64,000 nucleotides of DNA from Candidatus Nomurabacteria bacterium (GTDB lineage: Bacteria > Patescibacteriota > Patescibacteriia > HK-STAS-PATE-3), in assembly GCA_023898465.1 (NCBI GenBank), contig CP060223.1:544001-608000 (forward strand), in the 5' to 3' direction. Below the pieces are notes generated by a model, which saw only the letters and a list, made by a program, of their open reading frames with translations, searched no databases and was not told the DNA's origin. Below, piece by piece: positions 1 through 9,300 of the stretch. Position numbers and translations under genes: made by a program. Numbering within the stretch: position 1 is the first letter of the stretch; each line of letters starts with the position of its first letter.

Positions 1-111
1 TCGATAGCGCTTCTTGCCCCAATGAAAAGCAATCGGCGTAACCTGACGGTCGCGAAAGGCTACTAAGACGCCGATGGGATCAGCTTCCTGGGTATATGCT
101 TCGGATTGCAT
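1..111 (-). CDS. Possible 5' fragment of a minus-strand gene that continues off the left edge (starts MQSEAYTQEADPIGVLVAFRDRQVTPIAFHWGKK). Function unknown.
   Basis: ATG at 111..109 with an open frame to the window edge. No SD. No recognisable motif. Confidence 0.2.
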   Translation of the reverse strand, partial: MQSEAYTQEADPIGVLVAFRDRQVTPIAFHWGKKRYR

Positions 112-281
112 GGCTTTTTCGCTTTTACTTACCTTTCTAGTATAACCGAAGAAAAACCGAAAGTCAACCCCGAGTGCAAACGAGGAGGGTGACTTTCGTC
201 TCGCCCTTGCCTATCCCCCGCCTTTGCTCTAGGCTACACTGCAGACCTTTGCTCTTTACCGTCCTGACCAAAGGAGGCACT

Positions 282-680
282 ATGGTCATCGGAAACGTCG
301 GAGCAGCGCTACTGCACCAACGTCATGGTGTCCGAGTCTTTCTCTATGTTTTGCATGCAACGCGAAAGTGCGTGATCGTGCCACTGCAAACCGAGTCAGC
401 CATCCTCACCACGGCCGAAGTTCCAACGGTCATTAGGAGAGTCCTGGAAGTCGAAACCAGCCTCACGAAGGGTGCGGCTAGCTTCAGTCTACTTCTCCGC
501 TCTCGCCGAAACCCTGATCGTCTGGAAACCTGGGATATCGAAAATCCTGAAGGAGATATCACCTTCAAGCCCGGAGCTACAGCAACGGAAGTCACCAACC
601 GTGTGAGAACAGCGATCATGGCACACCAAGATCGGGAACGCGTGTTTCCCGAGCTCGAACAATCTACCACCGCGGCCTAG
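282..680 (+). CDS. Hypothetical 132-aa protein encoded in a GC-rich patch.
   Basis: AAGGAGG sits 6 nt upstream of ATG 282, inside the longer ORF 174..680. Local GC is clearly above the flanks. No family recognised. The opposite-strand ORF 344..670 is also open, a GC effect. Confidence 0.35.
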   Translation: MVIGNVGAALLHQRHGVRVFLYVLHATRKCVIVPLQTESAILTTAEVPTVIRRVLEVETSLTKGAASFSLLLRSRRNPDRLETWDIENPEGDITFKPGATATEVTNRVRTAIMAHQDRERVFPELEQSTTAA

Positions 681-695
681 TGCTGCGGTGGCTTC

Positions 696-2465
696 TTATG
701 TAAATTTGATAACCTGCCCAGGTTGAAGAGACTTACCTGATTGCGTCTGTGGCTGACTATGTTTCTCTTGTGCCTGAACAGACTTTGACTGCTCAGCTTG
801 CTTCGGAGTATTTTTGGCTGGCTGACTCTTTTCCTGAGGTTGCTTCTTCTTAGGCTTCGCTGTGAATTGCACAGGACCTTTACTCAGCGCCTCGTGTAAG
901 CTAATTTCTTTTGGTGGCTCAGGAGCTACTTCACGCAACTGCTCAGGCTCAGGTGCCGTTTGTGTAAAATTCGGTCGATCGTTTCTTCCCTGCTCTCGCT
1001 CATTGCGTGGACGGGAGCTGTTTTGATTACCTTGAGGATTTGGTTGACGATTTCGGTCATTCCCGCCTGATCGTTGTCGAGATCCGCCGCCTTGATTTTG
1101 ACGCGGTCCACTTCCCCCTCGACGATCATTTCCACCCCTATTACCGCCGCTACGATTTCCGCCACCCTGGGAACCCTGTCCGAGGAAGATTTCATCAACT
1201 CCAGTCCATCGGCGGATTTTATCTTCTACAATCTCTCGCTTCTTAGCATAGCGCTCACGTGACACCTCAATCACTTTTTGCCCATTACCGGTTGGACCGC
1301 TCACTGGCTCCAGAGTTGTAGCGGAAAAAGGCTCAGAAGCTACTCCATCAATCATTAAGCGGAGATAAATATCGTACTTGGTCAGGTTTACTAAATCAGT
1401 CTCAGTGAAGGTGGGATCAAACTCTTTAGCCAAAAACTCTGCATCAGCGGCACCAACACGGAAACACACGATCGATCCGACGTTGCCAAAAACAGCCGCG
1501 CGAACTTGCTCATCTAACTGCTCAATATACTGGTGAGCCATGATAAGATTTAAGCGATACTTACGCGCCTCTGACAAAATGTTGGCAAAGCTCTCAGTGG
1601 CAAAGTTTTGAAATTCGTCAACATAGAGGAAAAAATCTTTACGATCTTTTTCCGCAATGTCTACGCGACTCATGGCCGCCAACTGAATCTTGGTAATCAT
1701 CATACCACCCAGCAAAGCTGCATTATCTTCACCAATACGGCCTTTGGAAAGGTTCAGTAAGACAATCTTTTGCTCGTCCATCAATTGCCGCAAATCAAAA
1801 GTACTCTTCGGCTGGCCAATGATATTACGAATCATTGATGAGGAAAGAAATTGACCAATCTTGTTTTGGATAGGTGAAACAGCTTCGGTACGGAATTGGT
1901 TAGCGTATTGGCCGAATTCCTCATGCCAGAAAGCCTTCACAATAGGATCAGTTAGCTTCTCCACCACTTTTGATCGATAGTCGTTGTCGACGAGAATACG
2001 AGGAATACCCAAAAGTGTTGACCCAGGATACTCAATCAAGGAGAGAATACTATTGCGCAAAATGTATTCCAATCGAGGTCCCCATGAGTCGCTCCACATT
2101 TTTTTAAACACCGAAACAAGACCCGAGGCTACTAAGTGGCGGTGGGCAGGGTTTACACTTTCTAAGACGTTGAAGGCTACCGGATAATCTACATCAGCCG
2201 GATTAATATACACCACATCATTAATTCGATGTGAAGGAATGTAATCTAAAATCTTTTCCACAAAGTCACCGTGCGGATCAATCACAGCTAAGCCATGACC
2301 AGCTCGCACATCCTGGATCATCATATTTTCAAGCACCGTCGTCTTACCCATACCGGTCTTACCGATAAAGTACATGTGACGGCGTCGATCATCTATTCTA
2401 ATACCAAAGCGCCGCTGCTGATTGCGGAAATTCGTTTTAGCAAAAAAATTAATATCTTCACTCAT
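696..2465 (-). CDS. VirD4/TraG/TraD-like type IV coupling-protein ATPase (FtsK/HerA superfamily). It has no N-terminal TM segment and carries a long disordered RGG/KQ-rich C-terminal tail.
   Basis: Walker A is YFIGKTGMGKTT and Walker B/DEFQ is LYVDEFQNF. The block ...RKYRLNLIMAHQYIEQLDE...GNVGSIVCFRVG matches the T4CP C-terminal (TraM-recognition) region. The tail (about 190 aa) is GGNRGG/RQ-rich then KQ-rich. Confidence 0.7.
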   Translation of the reverse strand: MSEDINFFAKTNFRNQQRRFGIRIDDRRRHMYFIGKTGMGKTTVLENMMIQDVRAGHGLAVIDPHGDFVEKILDYIPSHRINDVVYINPADVDYPVAFNVLESVNPAHRHLVASGLVSVFKKMWSDSWGPRLEYILRNSILSLIEYPGSTLLGIPRILVDNDYRSKVVEKLTDPIVKAFWHEEFGQYANQFRTEAVSPIQNKIGQFLSSSMIRNIIGQPKSTFDLRQLMDEQKIVLLNLSKGRIGEDNAALLGGMMITKIQLAAMSRVDIAEKDRKDFFLYVDEFQNFATESFANILSEARKYRLNLIMAHQYIEQLDEQVRAAVFGNVGSIVCFRVGAADAEFLAKEFDPTFTETDLVNLTKYDIYLRLMIDGVASEPFSATTLEPVSGPTGNGQKVIEVSRERYAKKREIVEDKIRRWTGVDEIFLGQGSQGGGNRSGGNRGGNDRRGGSGPRQNQGGGSRQRSGGNDRNRQPNPQGNQNSSRPRNEREQGRNDRPNFTQTAPEPEQLREVAPEPPKEISLHEALSKGPVQFTAKPKKKQPQEKSQPAKNTPKQAEQSKSVQAQEKHSQPQTQSGKSLQPGQVIKFT

Positions 2466-2468
2466 GGA

Positions 2469-3887
2469 TTATATTGGGAGATTACTGGGCGGTTGATCCT
2501 TTTCCTCGGCGTCCGAACTGAGCACCTCTTGATCAGGGTCCACCGGCACGGACTGAACTTGCTTTGCTCGACGAATTGGCACCACTTCAACTGGTAAACT
2601 GCTTGGAGGTTCAGCGCGGCGAGCTTCTGTCTTCTGCACTAATGGAGCTTTCACGTTCACTACTGGGAAGTGATAAATGGTGGCAAGCTCTTCAATGTTC
2701 AGCACATAGGGATCAGCACCGGTCGACATGTCACGATTTTGGAAGGCTCGTAAAATTCGCTTCTTCTTAGTGGCAATCCGTTTTTCTTTACCCAAGTATT
2801 TTGCTTTTGGCTTTGTCTTCTTATCGACTTTGAAGCCATTCATGTCCAGGGTATTAAATTGCTTTAAGGCTCCGGTAATACCTGGCACGCGATCCTTGGA
2901 AAAAGAATCGCCTTCGCCTAAGTATACAATACGCATTTTACAATCGAAATAGAGCTTGGCGGTCTTGTACGAAATCGCTTCAATAACTGCTTTATCGTTT
3001 GGCGTTAAGTGACTCATGATAGAAGCCTCTTTTGAATCCGAGGATTCCTCTTTACCAAAAGGACTGACAAGGTCAGCGGTAAAGGTTTCAGTCAAGCCAC
3101 TGGCAACCTGTTTTGGTAGCCAAAGCACATTATCAAGCAAGCCTCCACCACCTCCACTTGATCCATAGGTTGCCTTAGCGAGCTTCTTAATAATTCCCCG
3201 AGCTCCATCCAGCCACGAATCATCATCTGGTGGCACAATCATTGTCTGAATCCAAAGCTGCTCACCTGGTCGTAAGCGGCTCATATATTCAAGCAGTGAT
3301 GCCATCGGATCAAGCAGCTGCTGCGTCATCGTATGCTCAAAAGCCGGATAGGTGCGGATCGGGTAATAATCCTTTTGACGCAACACAATATCCGCTCCCC
3401 AGAGATCGTACTCTTCGTTTGGAAACTGGGCGACAAACTGCTGGGTGTAGTCCTCTACTTCGCTAATTTCCGCGTCTGGATACTGTGCGTAAAAAGCCGA
3501 CTCAACTAAATCACGATATTGAATAGGAATCCGCACGAGATATTGGATAAAGCCGCCGATGCTGATAATTTCAAAGCTGAGCGGTGGCTGAAACTCTCCC
3601 TTAATATTTTTTTCGTACCAGGAGGGTGCTGACTCAACACCATGGATGTGCGCAAAAGCTGACTCGAGCGCCTTCGGTGTCTGCTCAGTTTCACGTGGTA
3701 CATCAATCGCTAAAATGACGTACTCAATAGTAGACGCAAAACGCTCCTGGGCGTAACCAGTCCATAGCTTGAAGCCTCCCCAAAACAACGCAACGATAAT
3801 AATAAGCCAGCCGCCATGTGTAAAGAGAAACCAGGTGATGGCGAAAGGGTTAGAAAATTCGCTGAGGAAGGAAAAATCAATTGTCAT
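2469..3887 (-). CDS. Hypothetical membrane protein with N-terminal TM helices and a soluble domain of about 430 aa. Probable partner of the downstream ATPase.
   Basis: Hydrophobic FAITWFLFTHGGWLIIIVALFWGGF near the N-terminus. There is a 3-nt gap to the ATPase gene, on the same strand. No family recognised. Confidence 0.6.
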   Translation of the reverse strand: MTIDFSFLSEFSNPFAITWFLFTHGGWLIIIVALFWGGFKLWTGYAQERFASTIEYVILAIDVPRETEQTPKALESAFAHIHGVESAPSWYEKNIKGEFQPPLSFEIISIGGFIQYLVRIPIQYRDLVESAFYAQYPDAEISEVEDYTQQFVAQFPNEEYDLWGADIVLRQKDYYPIRTYPAFEHTMTQQLLDPMASLLEYMSRLRPGEQLWIQTMIVPPDDDSWLDGARGIIKKLAKATYGSSGGGGGLLDNVLWLPKQVASGLTETFTADLVSPFGKEESSDSKEASIMSHLTPNDKAVIEAISYKTAKLYFDCKMRIVYLGEGDSFSKDRVPGITGALKQFNTLDMNGFKVDKKTKPKAKYLGKEKRIATKKKRILRAFQNRDMSTGADPYVLNIEELATIYHFPVVNVKAPLVQKTEARRAEPPSSLPVEVVPIRRAKQVQSVPVDPDQEVLSSDAEEKDQPPSNLPI

Positions 3888-3920
3888 TTGCGTGTTTGTT
3901 TGAGCACGGACGGAAAAGGG

Positions 3921-5087
3921 CTAGGCTGTGGGTATTTCGGGTGGTGTTTGCGTTAAGGTATAGTCCCCGTTATCTAATCGAGTAAACATTTGTCGATTGG
4001 TCAGCGCCAAATGAATGGTGTTCTTTTTCACGACACGCTGAGAAAGCACCTCAGCAACCAGTGCTTCTCGGCTCATCGGCTCACCTTTTTTGCGAAGAAT
4101 GTCAGCTAACACTTCAGCTACCACACCTTCTTTGTAGCCCCACTCGCGCAAGGCATAAATTCCACGGCCAACTAACACATATTCCTTATTGAGAATCAGC
4201 TCATTATGCACGGTCGGCGGATATGCTTTACGAGGATCAAAGCCGGCGGTATTAATCCGCTTTGCAATTTCAGTGAAGTGAAGAGGTTGGCCCTCTTTCT
4301 TTAGGATAAGGTAAATCTTATCATTCATACGACGAGGAGAAATGCTTCCCCAGCTCGTCAAACCATATTCGTCAAAAGGATTGCGTCCTAAATCCTTACC
4401 CAGCTGCAAGGCTGAATGCAACATATCATCTGACAACGCATGCTCATGAATTTTTGCAAACTCTGTCTGGCGAAACTCTTGGAGTAAGTCTGGCAACTCA
4501 ACCGGGTGTCCGATCTTGGTAACCACGCTGACTAACTCACGAACAGTCTGTCGCAAGAGATCGAGTCCGGCACCCTTTAGTTTCCAGGCCCGGCGCATTG
4601 TTTCGCTCTCAGGCATCAATTCAACAGTATCTTTTAGTAATTCACTCAAGACAAAAATAACCGCTCGGCGATTCATGTCGCTTGGACCAGAAAAGCTGAG
4701 TAAGTGTTCGAGGAGCGCTTCCTCTTCCATAATGCCGCCCCGAGCAGTCAGCGTGGTAGTCAAAAGCTGCTGCACCTGGTGCATTACCTGATCAAAGACC
4801 TTGGCTCGGCGGATTTTCTTTACCGCAGTTCCCTCAATCTGGCGAATACGCTCACGAGTAACCTGATAAAGCGCACCAATCTCTTCTAGGGTCTGCGTTT
4901 CTTTGCCGCTTAAACCGTGTCGGCGACGTAAAATATCCTCTTCCTTTCCTGTTAGCTCTTTGAGTAACAAAGAAATGGTTTCAGAGGGGTTAAATTGCTC
5001 CATATCAGTTTGCTGCTTGGAGCTGAGGATTTTGTCCAAAATTGAGTTGGACTCGTTTGTATCCATTGACGTATTGCTTACAATCAA
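3921..5087 (-). CDS. DNA-binding protein with a sigma-70 region-4 HTH followed by two HARE-HTH-like winged helices. The start may be the second Met, at 5066.
   Basis: LTGKEEDILRRRHGL..TLEEIGALYQVTRERIRQIEGTAVKKIR is sigma-70 region 4. KIYLILKKEGQPLHFTEIAKRIN..HNELILNKEYVLVGRGIYALREWGY is a HARE-HTH, with a second copy earlier in the protein. A strong sigma-70 promoter lies immediately upstream. Confidence 0.7.
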   Translation of the reverse strand: MIVSNTSMDTNESNSILDKILSSKQQTDMEQFNPSETISLLLKELTGKEEDILRRRHGLSGKETQTLEEIGALYQVTRERIRQIEGTAVKKIRRAKVFDQVMHQVQQLLTTTLTARGGIMEEEALLEHLLSFSGPSDMNRRAVIFVLSELLKDTVELMPESETMRRAWKLKGAGLDLLRQTVRELVSVVTKIGHPVELPDLLQEFRQTEFAKIHEHALSDDMLHSALQLGKDLGRNPFDEYGLTSWGSISPRRMNDKIYLILKKEGQPLHFTEIAKRINTAGFDPRKAYPPTVHNELILNKEYVLVGRGIYALREWGYKEGVVAEVLADILRKKGEPMSREALVAEVLSQRVVKKNTIHLALTNRQMFTRLDNGDYTLTQTPPEIPTA

Positions 5088-5100
5088 GCGTACTAACGAT

Positions 5101-5129
5101 AATATAGCACATTAGCAAAAATATGTCAA
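5101..5129 (-). promoter_or_regulatory. Sigma-70-type promoter for the sigma-r4/HARE-HTH operon: TTGACA-N17-TATATT on the minus strand.
   Basis: Revcomp of 5124-5129 is TTGACA. Revcomp of 5101-5106 is TATATT. Spacer 17 nt. Confidence 0.6.
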
Positions 5130-5177
5130 GCTATTTGACCAAAACAAAAAACCTTTCAATCCGTCCCCTATCTTAGC

Positions 5178-6089
5178 TTAACGAAAGCGTCGCGCTCGCC
5201 AATTATGCCACTCAACCAATAACGTGCTGGCAATGAAAATTGAGGAGTAAGTTCCCACGATAATACCCGCAATCAGCGCTATCACAAACATACGAATTGA
5301 CTCTCCTCCCAGTACCGCCAGAGCAACTAATACAAACAATGTCGTCATCGAGGTATTAATAGAGCGCGACATGGTCTCATTAATACTCCGGTTAGCGATT
5401 TCTTCAAAAGGCTCATTATGATAACGCTGGATACCCTCACGAATACGATCAAAAACAACAATGGTATCGTGCACTGAGAATCCTAGCACCGTAAGTAAAG
5501 CTGTTACAAAAAGTGAATCAACCTCTGTGCCAAATATCTGACCAAAGAGCACAAAGAGACCTACGATAATAGAAATATCATGAATCAATGCAACAATCGC
5601 GCCAACGCCAAATACCCAACTGGGCACCGGTCCGCCACGAGAAATCTTACGGAAGGCCCAAGTGATATACGCGATGATACCTATGAGAACTAAAGCAATG
5701 GCTGAATACGCTTTCTTGCGCAACTCTTGACCAATACTCGGTCCAATCGCAGTAAATGAATCTTCACTCACCTGCTCTTCTTGTAAAGCGCTTAAGGCAT
5801 CTAGGACTGATTGGCGCTCGTCATTGCTTAAGGCGCGTGTTTTTAGGATGAGGCTTTTTTCGTTAGAAGGAACTGCTTGATAAGAACCCAGGTCTAGAGG
5901 ATTCAATGCGTCTTGTATCGTCGAAAGTTCTGGACGAAGTTCTGGGAAGCTTATCTCCAATCGAGAACCGCCAGTGAAATCAATACCAGGCTTCAAGCCC
6001 CAAATCAAAGCACCGACAATAGAGGCCACAACAAGTATCGCGGAAATGATAGTAAAATATTTTCGCTTTTGGATAATCTTTAGCGTCAT
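5178..6089 (-). CDS. secF: Protein translocase subunit SecF.
   Basis: GIDFTGG motif and SecD/F TM architecture. The start ATG at 6089 overlaps the secD stop (ATGA). Upstream Met in the ORF is an extension artefact. Confidence 0.9.
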   Translation of the reverse strand: MTLKIIQKRKYFTIISAILVVASIVGALIWGLKPGIDFTGGSRLEISFPELRPELSTIQDALNPLDLGSYQAVPSNEKSLILKTRALSNDERQSVLDALSALQEEQVSEDSFTAIGPSIGQELRKKAYSAIALVLIGIIAYITWAFRKISRGGPVPSWVFGVGAIVALIHDISIIVGLFVLFGQIFGTEVDSLFVTALLTVLGFSVHDTIVVFDRIREGIQRYHNEPFEEIANRSINETMSRSINTSMTTLFVLVALAVLGGESIRMFVIALIAGIIVGTYSSIFIASTLLVEWHNWRARRFR

Positions 6090-7750
6090 ACTTGTTCCTT
6101 CTTCCGTACTCCATACAGCCAGGCCACACTCACCCATCGTTGAGTGAGACGTAAGAATGTGCGCGTAACTACAATGGCTGAAAACATACTTACTAAAATA
6201 CCAATCGCTAAGGTAATCGCGAATCCTTTAATGATACTTGTACCAAACCAGGCCAAGATAAAAGTGGTAATTAAACTTGAAATGTTTGAATCGCGAATAG
6301 ACAACCAAGCGCGTCGGAAACCCTCTTCAATCGCTTGATTAAGTGGTCGACCTTCACGCAACTCTTCTTTCATGCGTTCAAAAATAAGCACGTTTGCGTC
6401 TACTGCCATTCCGATGGAAAGAATAAATCCAGCAATTCCAGCTAGAGTCAAAGTCACTGGCCAGAGAATAAAGATGGCAAAAACTACGGCGGAGTATACC
6501 CCTAAAGCCAAAACTGAGATAAGGCCAGGCAAGCGATAATAGAGAATCATAAAGAGCGCAACTAAGCCGAGCCCAATTATGCCAGCAACAAAACTAGACT
6601 GCACTGAACGCTCACCAAGGGTTGGTCCTACATTCTGTTGAGAAACAAGCGTAATTGGTACTGGCAGTGCACCAGCATTTAAATTACGAGCTAAGTCTCG
6701 CGCTTCTTGCAAGGTAAAATCACCTGAGATAACCGCTTCTCCACTCGTGATAGCCTGCTGAACTGTTGGTAAGCTTAATGGGAAGCCATCTAAATAAATA
6801 GCCACCACCTTGCCAACATTGCGCTCAGTAATTTCTTTAAAAAGCTGTGTACCCTCGCTATTGAAATTCAAACTAATCTCTGGAGTATTGGTAGTTTGAT
6901 CAAACACGACTGAAGCTCGTTCCAAATCCTTACCCGATAGCCCAGTTGCCACAAAATCGGTTGAGGGTTCAGTTGACTGCAGTATAAAAAGAATATGACT
7001 ACCTTGAACTTCTCGCACATCTTGCCCATCTTGATTCGCTGTACGCTCGTCGGTCTTCTTAATAATATGCAGACCGAATTGCGATTCAACCAGCTCCGGA
7101 TACACCTGCCCGACCGCTAAATCACCGAAGAGAACGTCATCGAATTCTTGCACGAAAGTGCCTTGTTGCGCAAAACCGAGATCGCCCCCATTATCTTTAC
7201 TACCCGGATCTTCGGAATAGAGTTGGGCCAATTGAGCAAAATCAGCGTCAGGTTGAAGCGCTTGTGCTAATACGTCTTGTGCTTTTTTTCGCACTTCTTC
7301 GTTTTGCGCCTCTATGGCTGCTGGATCCTCTGGTGTGGTCTCAATCTGTTCACGAAATTCTAAGGTTGGAGTTTGACCAATCTGCGCGATTGCCTGGTTC
7401 ACGTCAGTGACACCTGGTAATTCAATCGAGACTCGCCATTGATCGCCAGCCTTTTGCGTTTGGACAACTGGCTCGGATACACCAAAGGCATTCACTCGAC
7501 GCTCAATAACATCGCGAACACCTTCTACAGCGTCTTGCGCCTCAGCTGGAGCTACTTGCGATAGATCAGCGTCATAGAGCAATGACACGCCGCCTTGCAA
7601 ATCCAAACCCAGCTGAACAGGTAAATCAATAGTCCAGTCTACTGGCCCTACGTGAATCCGGATTGGTTTTTGATAGTCAATGGTACCAGCTAGCAGGGTG
7701 AGCAATAGAATCCCGGCAAAACTGAGCCAAACTTTCTTCCGTACGGTCAT
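6086..7750 (-). CDS. secD: Protein translocase subunit SecD.
   Basis: LGLDLQGGVSLLY motif, large periplasmic domain, C-terminal RND-like 6-TM bundle. 4-bp overlap with secF. Confidence 0.9.
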   Translation of the reverse strand: MTVRKKVWLSFAGILLLTLLAGTIDYQKPIRIHVGPVDWTIDLPVQLGLDLQGGVSLLYDADLSQVAPAEAQDAVEGVRDVIERRVNAFGVSEPVVQTQKAGDQWRVSIELPGVTDVNQAIAQIGQTPTLEFREQIETTPEDPAAIEAQNEEVRKKAQDVLAQALQPDADFAQLAQLYSEDPGSKDNGGDLGFAQQGTFVQEFDDVLFGDLAVGQVYPELVESQFGLHIIKKTDERTANQDGQDVREVQGSHILFILQSTEPSTDFVATGLSGKDLERASVVFDQTTNTPEISLNFNSEGTQLFKEITERNVGKVVAIYLDGFPLSLPTVQQAITSGEAVISGDFTLQEARDLARNLNAGALPVPITLVSQQNVGPTLGERSVQSSFVAGIIGLGLVALFMILYYRLPGLISVLALGVYSAVVFAIFILWPVTLTLAGIAGFILSIGMAVDANVLIFERMKEELREGRPLNQAIEEGFRRAWLSIRDSNISSLITTFILAWFGTSIIKGFAITLAIGILVSMFSAIVVTRTFLRLTQRWVSVAWLYGVRKKEQV

Positions 7751-7870
7751 ACGGGAAGATTGTAGGACAAAAAGAGTAAGTAATCAAGTGGCGAAAAACA
7801 AAACTCGGCATGACCATTAGGCATCACGCACCTGTTACTATTTGGCTTTTACCGCCTGCTCGTCCCCAGC

Positions 7871-9292
7871 TTAATCCTGCACTACCACTTTGGTTCCTAT
7901 TGGCGCCCACTCATACACCCACTTTGCATTCGATTCTGAGATATTAATGCAGCCATGGCTCATAGGATGACCAAAGTTATTATGCCAATACGCGGTGTGC
8001 AGATAGTAATGTGGAGTGAAATTAAGATTCCACTTCACGTCCTTAATATCGTAGTTGTCCGGATGCTGCGGGCCGTAGGTCCACTCATAGTCCATGACCG
8101 GCACTTTGCGATAAATCGCGAACTCACCTTTTGGTGAAGGATAGCGCGCTACTCCGCTGGAGATGAGGAAGCTATTTTGGAGGACTCCATCGTCATAGGC
8201 ATATAAGCGCTGCTCAGAAAGATCCACCACAATGCGTTTCCCTACCTGATCCACACTTGCAACGACCAAGCGATTTGGCCCAGTCACAATTTCGTCTTCA
8301 CCATCTGCATCAATATCGCCAGCGGCAATGAAGAGGCCGCCACGGAAATCTCCACTATAGGCAAAGAAGTCGCGCAGGTATTCGCCCTGCGCAGTGAAGG
8401 CACGTACGTGTGGTCCACCGTTTCCATTGGCTGCTACGAGTAATTCATCGCGACCATCAAAATCTAAATCCGCTCCAGCAATATTTACCCCACCACGGAA
8501 CGCTAGCGGAAAGGCGATGAACTCACTAATGATAGGGCGATCTGGTGCTACGTCATATACCTTCACCCAAGCATGGCCAAAGCGATGCAGCGCGAAAAGA
8601 ATTTCGTCATCACCATCACCATTCACATCCGCAGTAGCCACACTTAACCCGCCGCGTTCGTATTTTGCAAATGGCCAAAAGTCCAGACCTTGATATTCAC
8701 CATCAAGTGAAAAAAGTCTAGCTTGGTTTCCGCTATCAAAACCCGAAGCAGTAATAATCATACCAGTGCCGCTACCATTGAGATCGCCACAAGCAACAGT
8801 AACTCCGCCACGAAAAGCGCTGTCGTAGGCCATGAAGCTAGAAAGCTCCTCGCCTTCCATGGTGTAGACCTTCACATTTGGTCCGCCGCCGCGACGTGGA
8901 CCGGTCACGATTTCTGCAATACCGTCATTATTCAAATCACAACTCGCCACGTAAATACCTTTTCGGAACGCATCCATATACGCATAGAAGCTGCTGAGCT
9001 TTACTCCCTCGCTCGTGAAGACTTGCACGTTTGGTCCGCCGCCTGGACCCGCTCCCACAATTATTTCATCTTTACCATCTCCGTTTACATCTCCAGTCGC
9101 TACGCTTGCTCCACCTTGAAAGGCTTCAGTGAAACCGTAAAACTGATTTACCTGACTAAAGTGCGTATCAAAAATTCTTATCTCAGGTGAAAGAGAGAGC
9201 TGCACTGCCTGAGCGCCTGAAACAAAAAACACCCCGAAGAGGAGCGTCGTTATGAGTAAGGTATACTTCTGAGCTAGAAAATACTTTTGCAT
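7871..9292 (-). CDS. Secreted FG-GAP repeat protein fused to a C-terminal L,D-transpeptidase (YkuD) domain.
   Basis: Signal peptide from MQKYFLAQKYTLLITTLLFGVFFVSGAQA. Repeated GDVNGDGKDEIIVGAGPGGGPNVQVF-type FG-GAP units. C-terminal HxxxxxxxSHGCINI catalytic motif of L,D-transpeptidases. Confidence 0.8.
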   Translation of the reverse strand: MQKYFLAQKYTLLITTLLFGVFFVSGAQAVQLSLSPEIRIFDTHFSQVNQFYGFTEAFQGGASVATGDVNGDGKDEIIVGAGPGGGPNVQVFTSEGVKLSSFYAYMDAFRKGIYVASCDLNNDGIAEIVTGPRRGGGPNVKVYTMEGEELSSFMAYDSAFRGGVTVACGDLNGSGTGMIITASGFDSGNQARLFSLDGEYQGLDFWPFAKYERGGLSVATADVNGDGDDEILFALHRFGHAWVKVYDVAPDRPIISEFIAFPLAFRGGVNIAGADLDFDGRDELLVAANGNGGPHVRAFTAQGEYLRDFFAYSGDFRGGLFIAAGDIDADGEDEIVTGPNRLVVASVDQVGKRIVVDLSEQRLYAYDDGVLQNSFLISSGVARYPSPKGEFAIYRKVPVMDYEWTYGPQHPDNYDIKDVKWNLNFTPHYYLHTAYWHNNFGHPMSHGCINISESNAKWVYEWAPIGTKVVVQD

Positions 9293-9300
9293 TTGTTTGT

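Noticed and set aside
174-680. Full-length 168-aa ORF 174..680 and the antisense ORF 344..670.
   Set aside because: The first 36 codons have no start context, whereas an AAGGAGG-ATG sits at 282. The antisense ORF is open only because of the high GC and has no start signal. Only 282..680 is kept, at low confidence.
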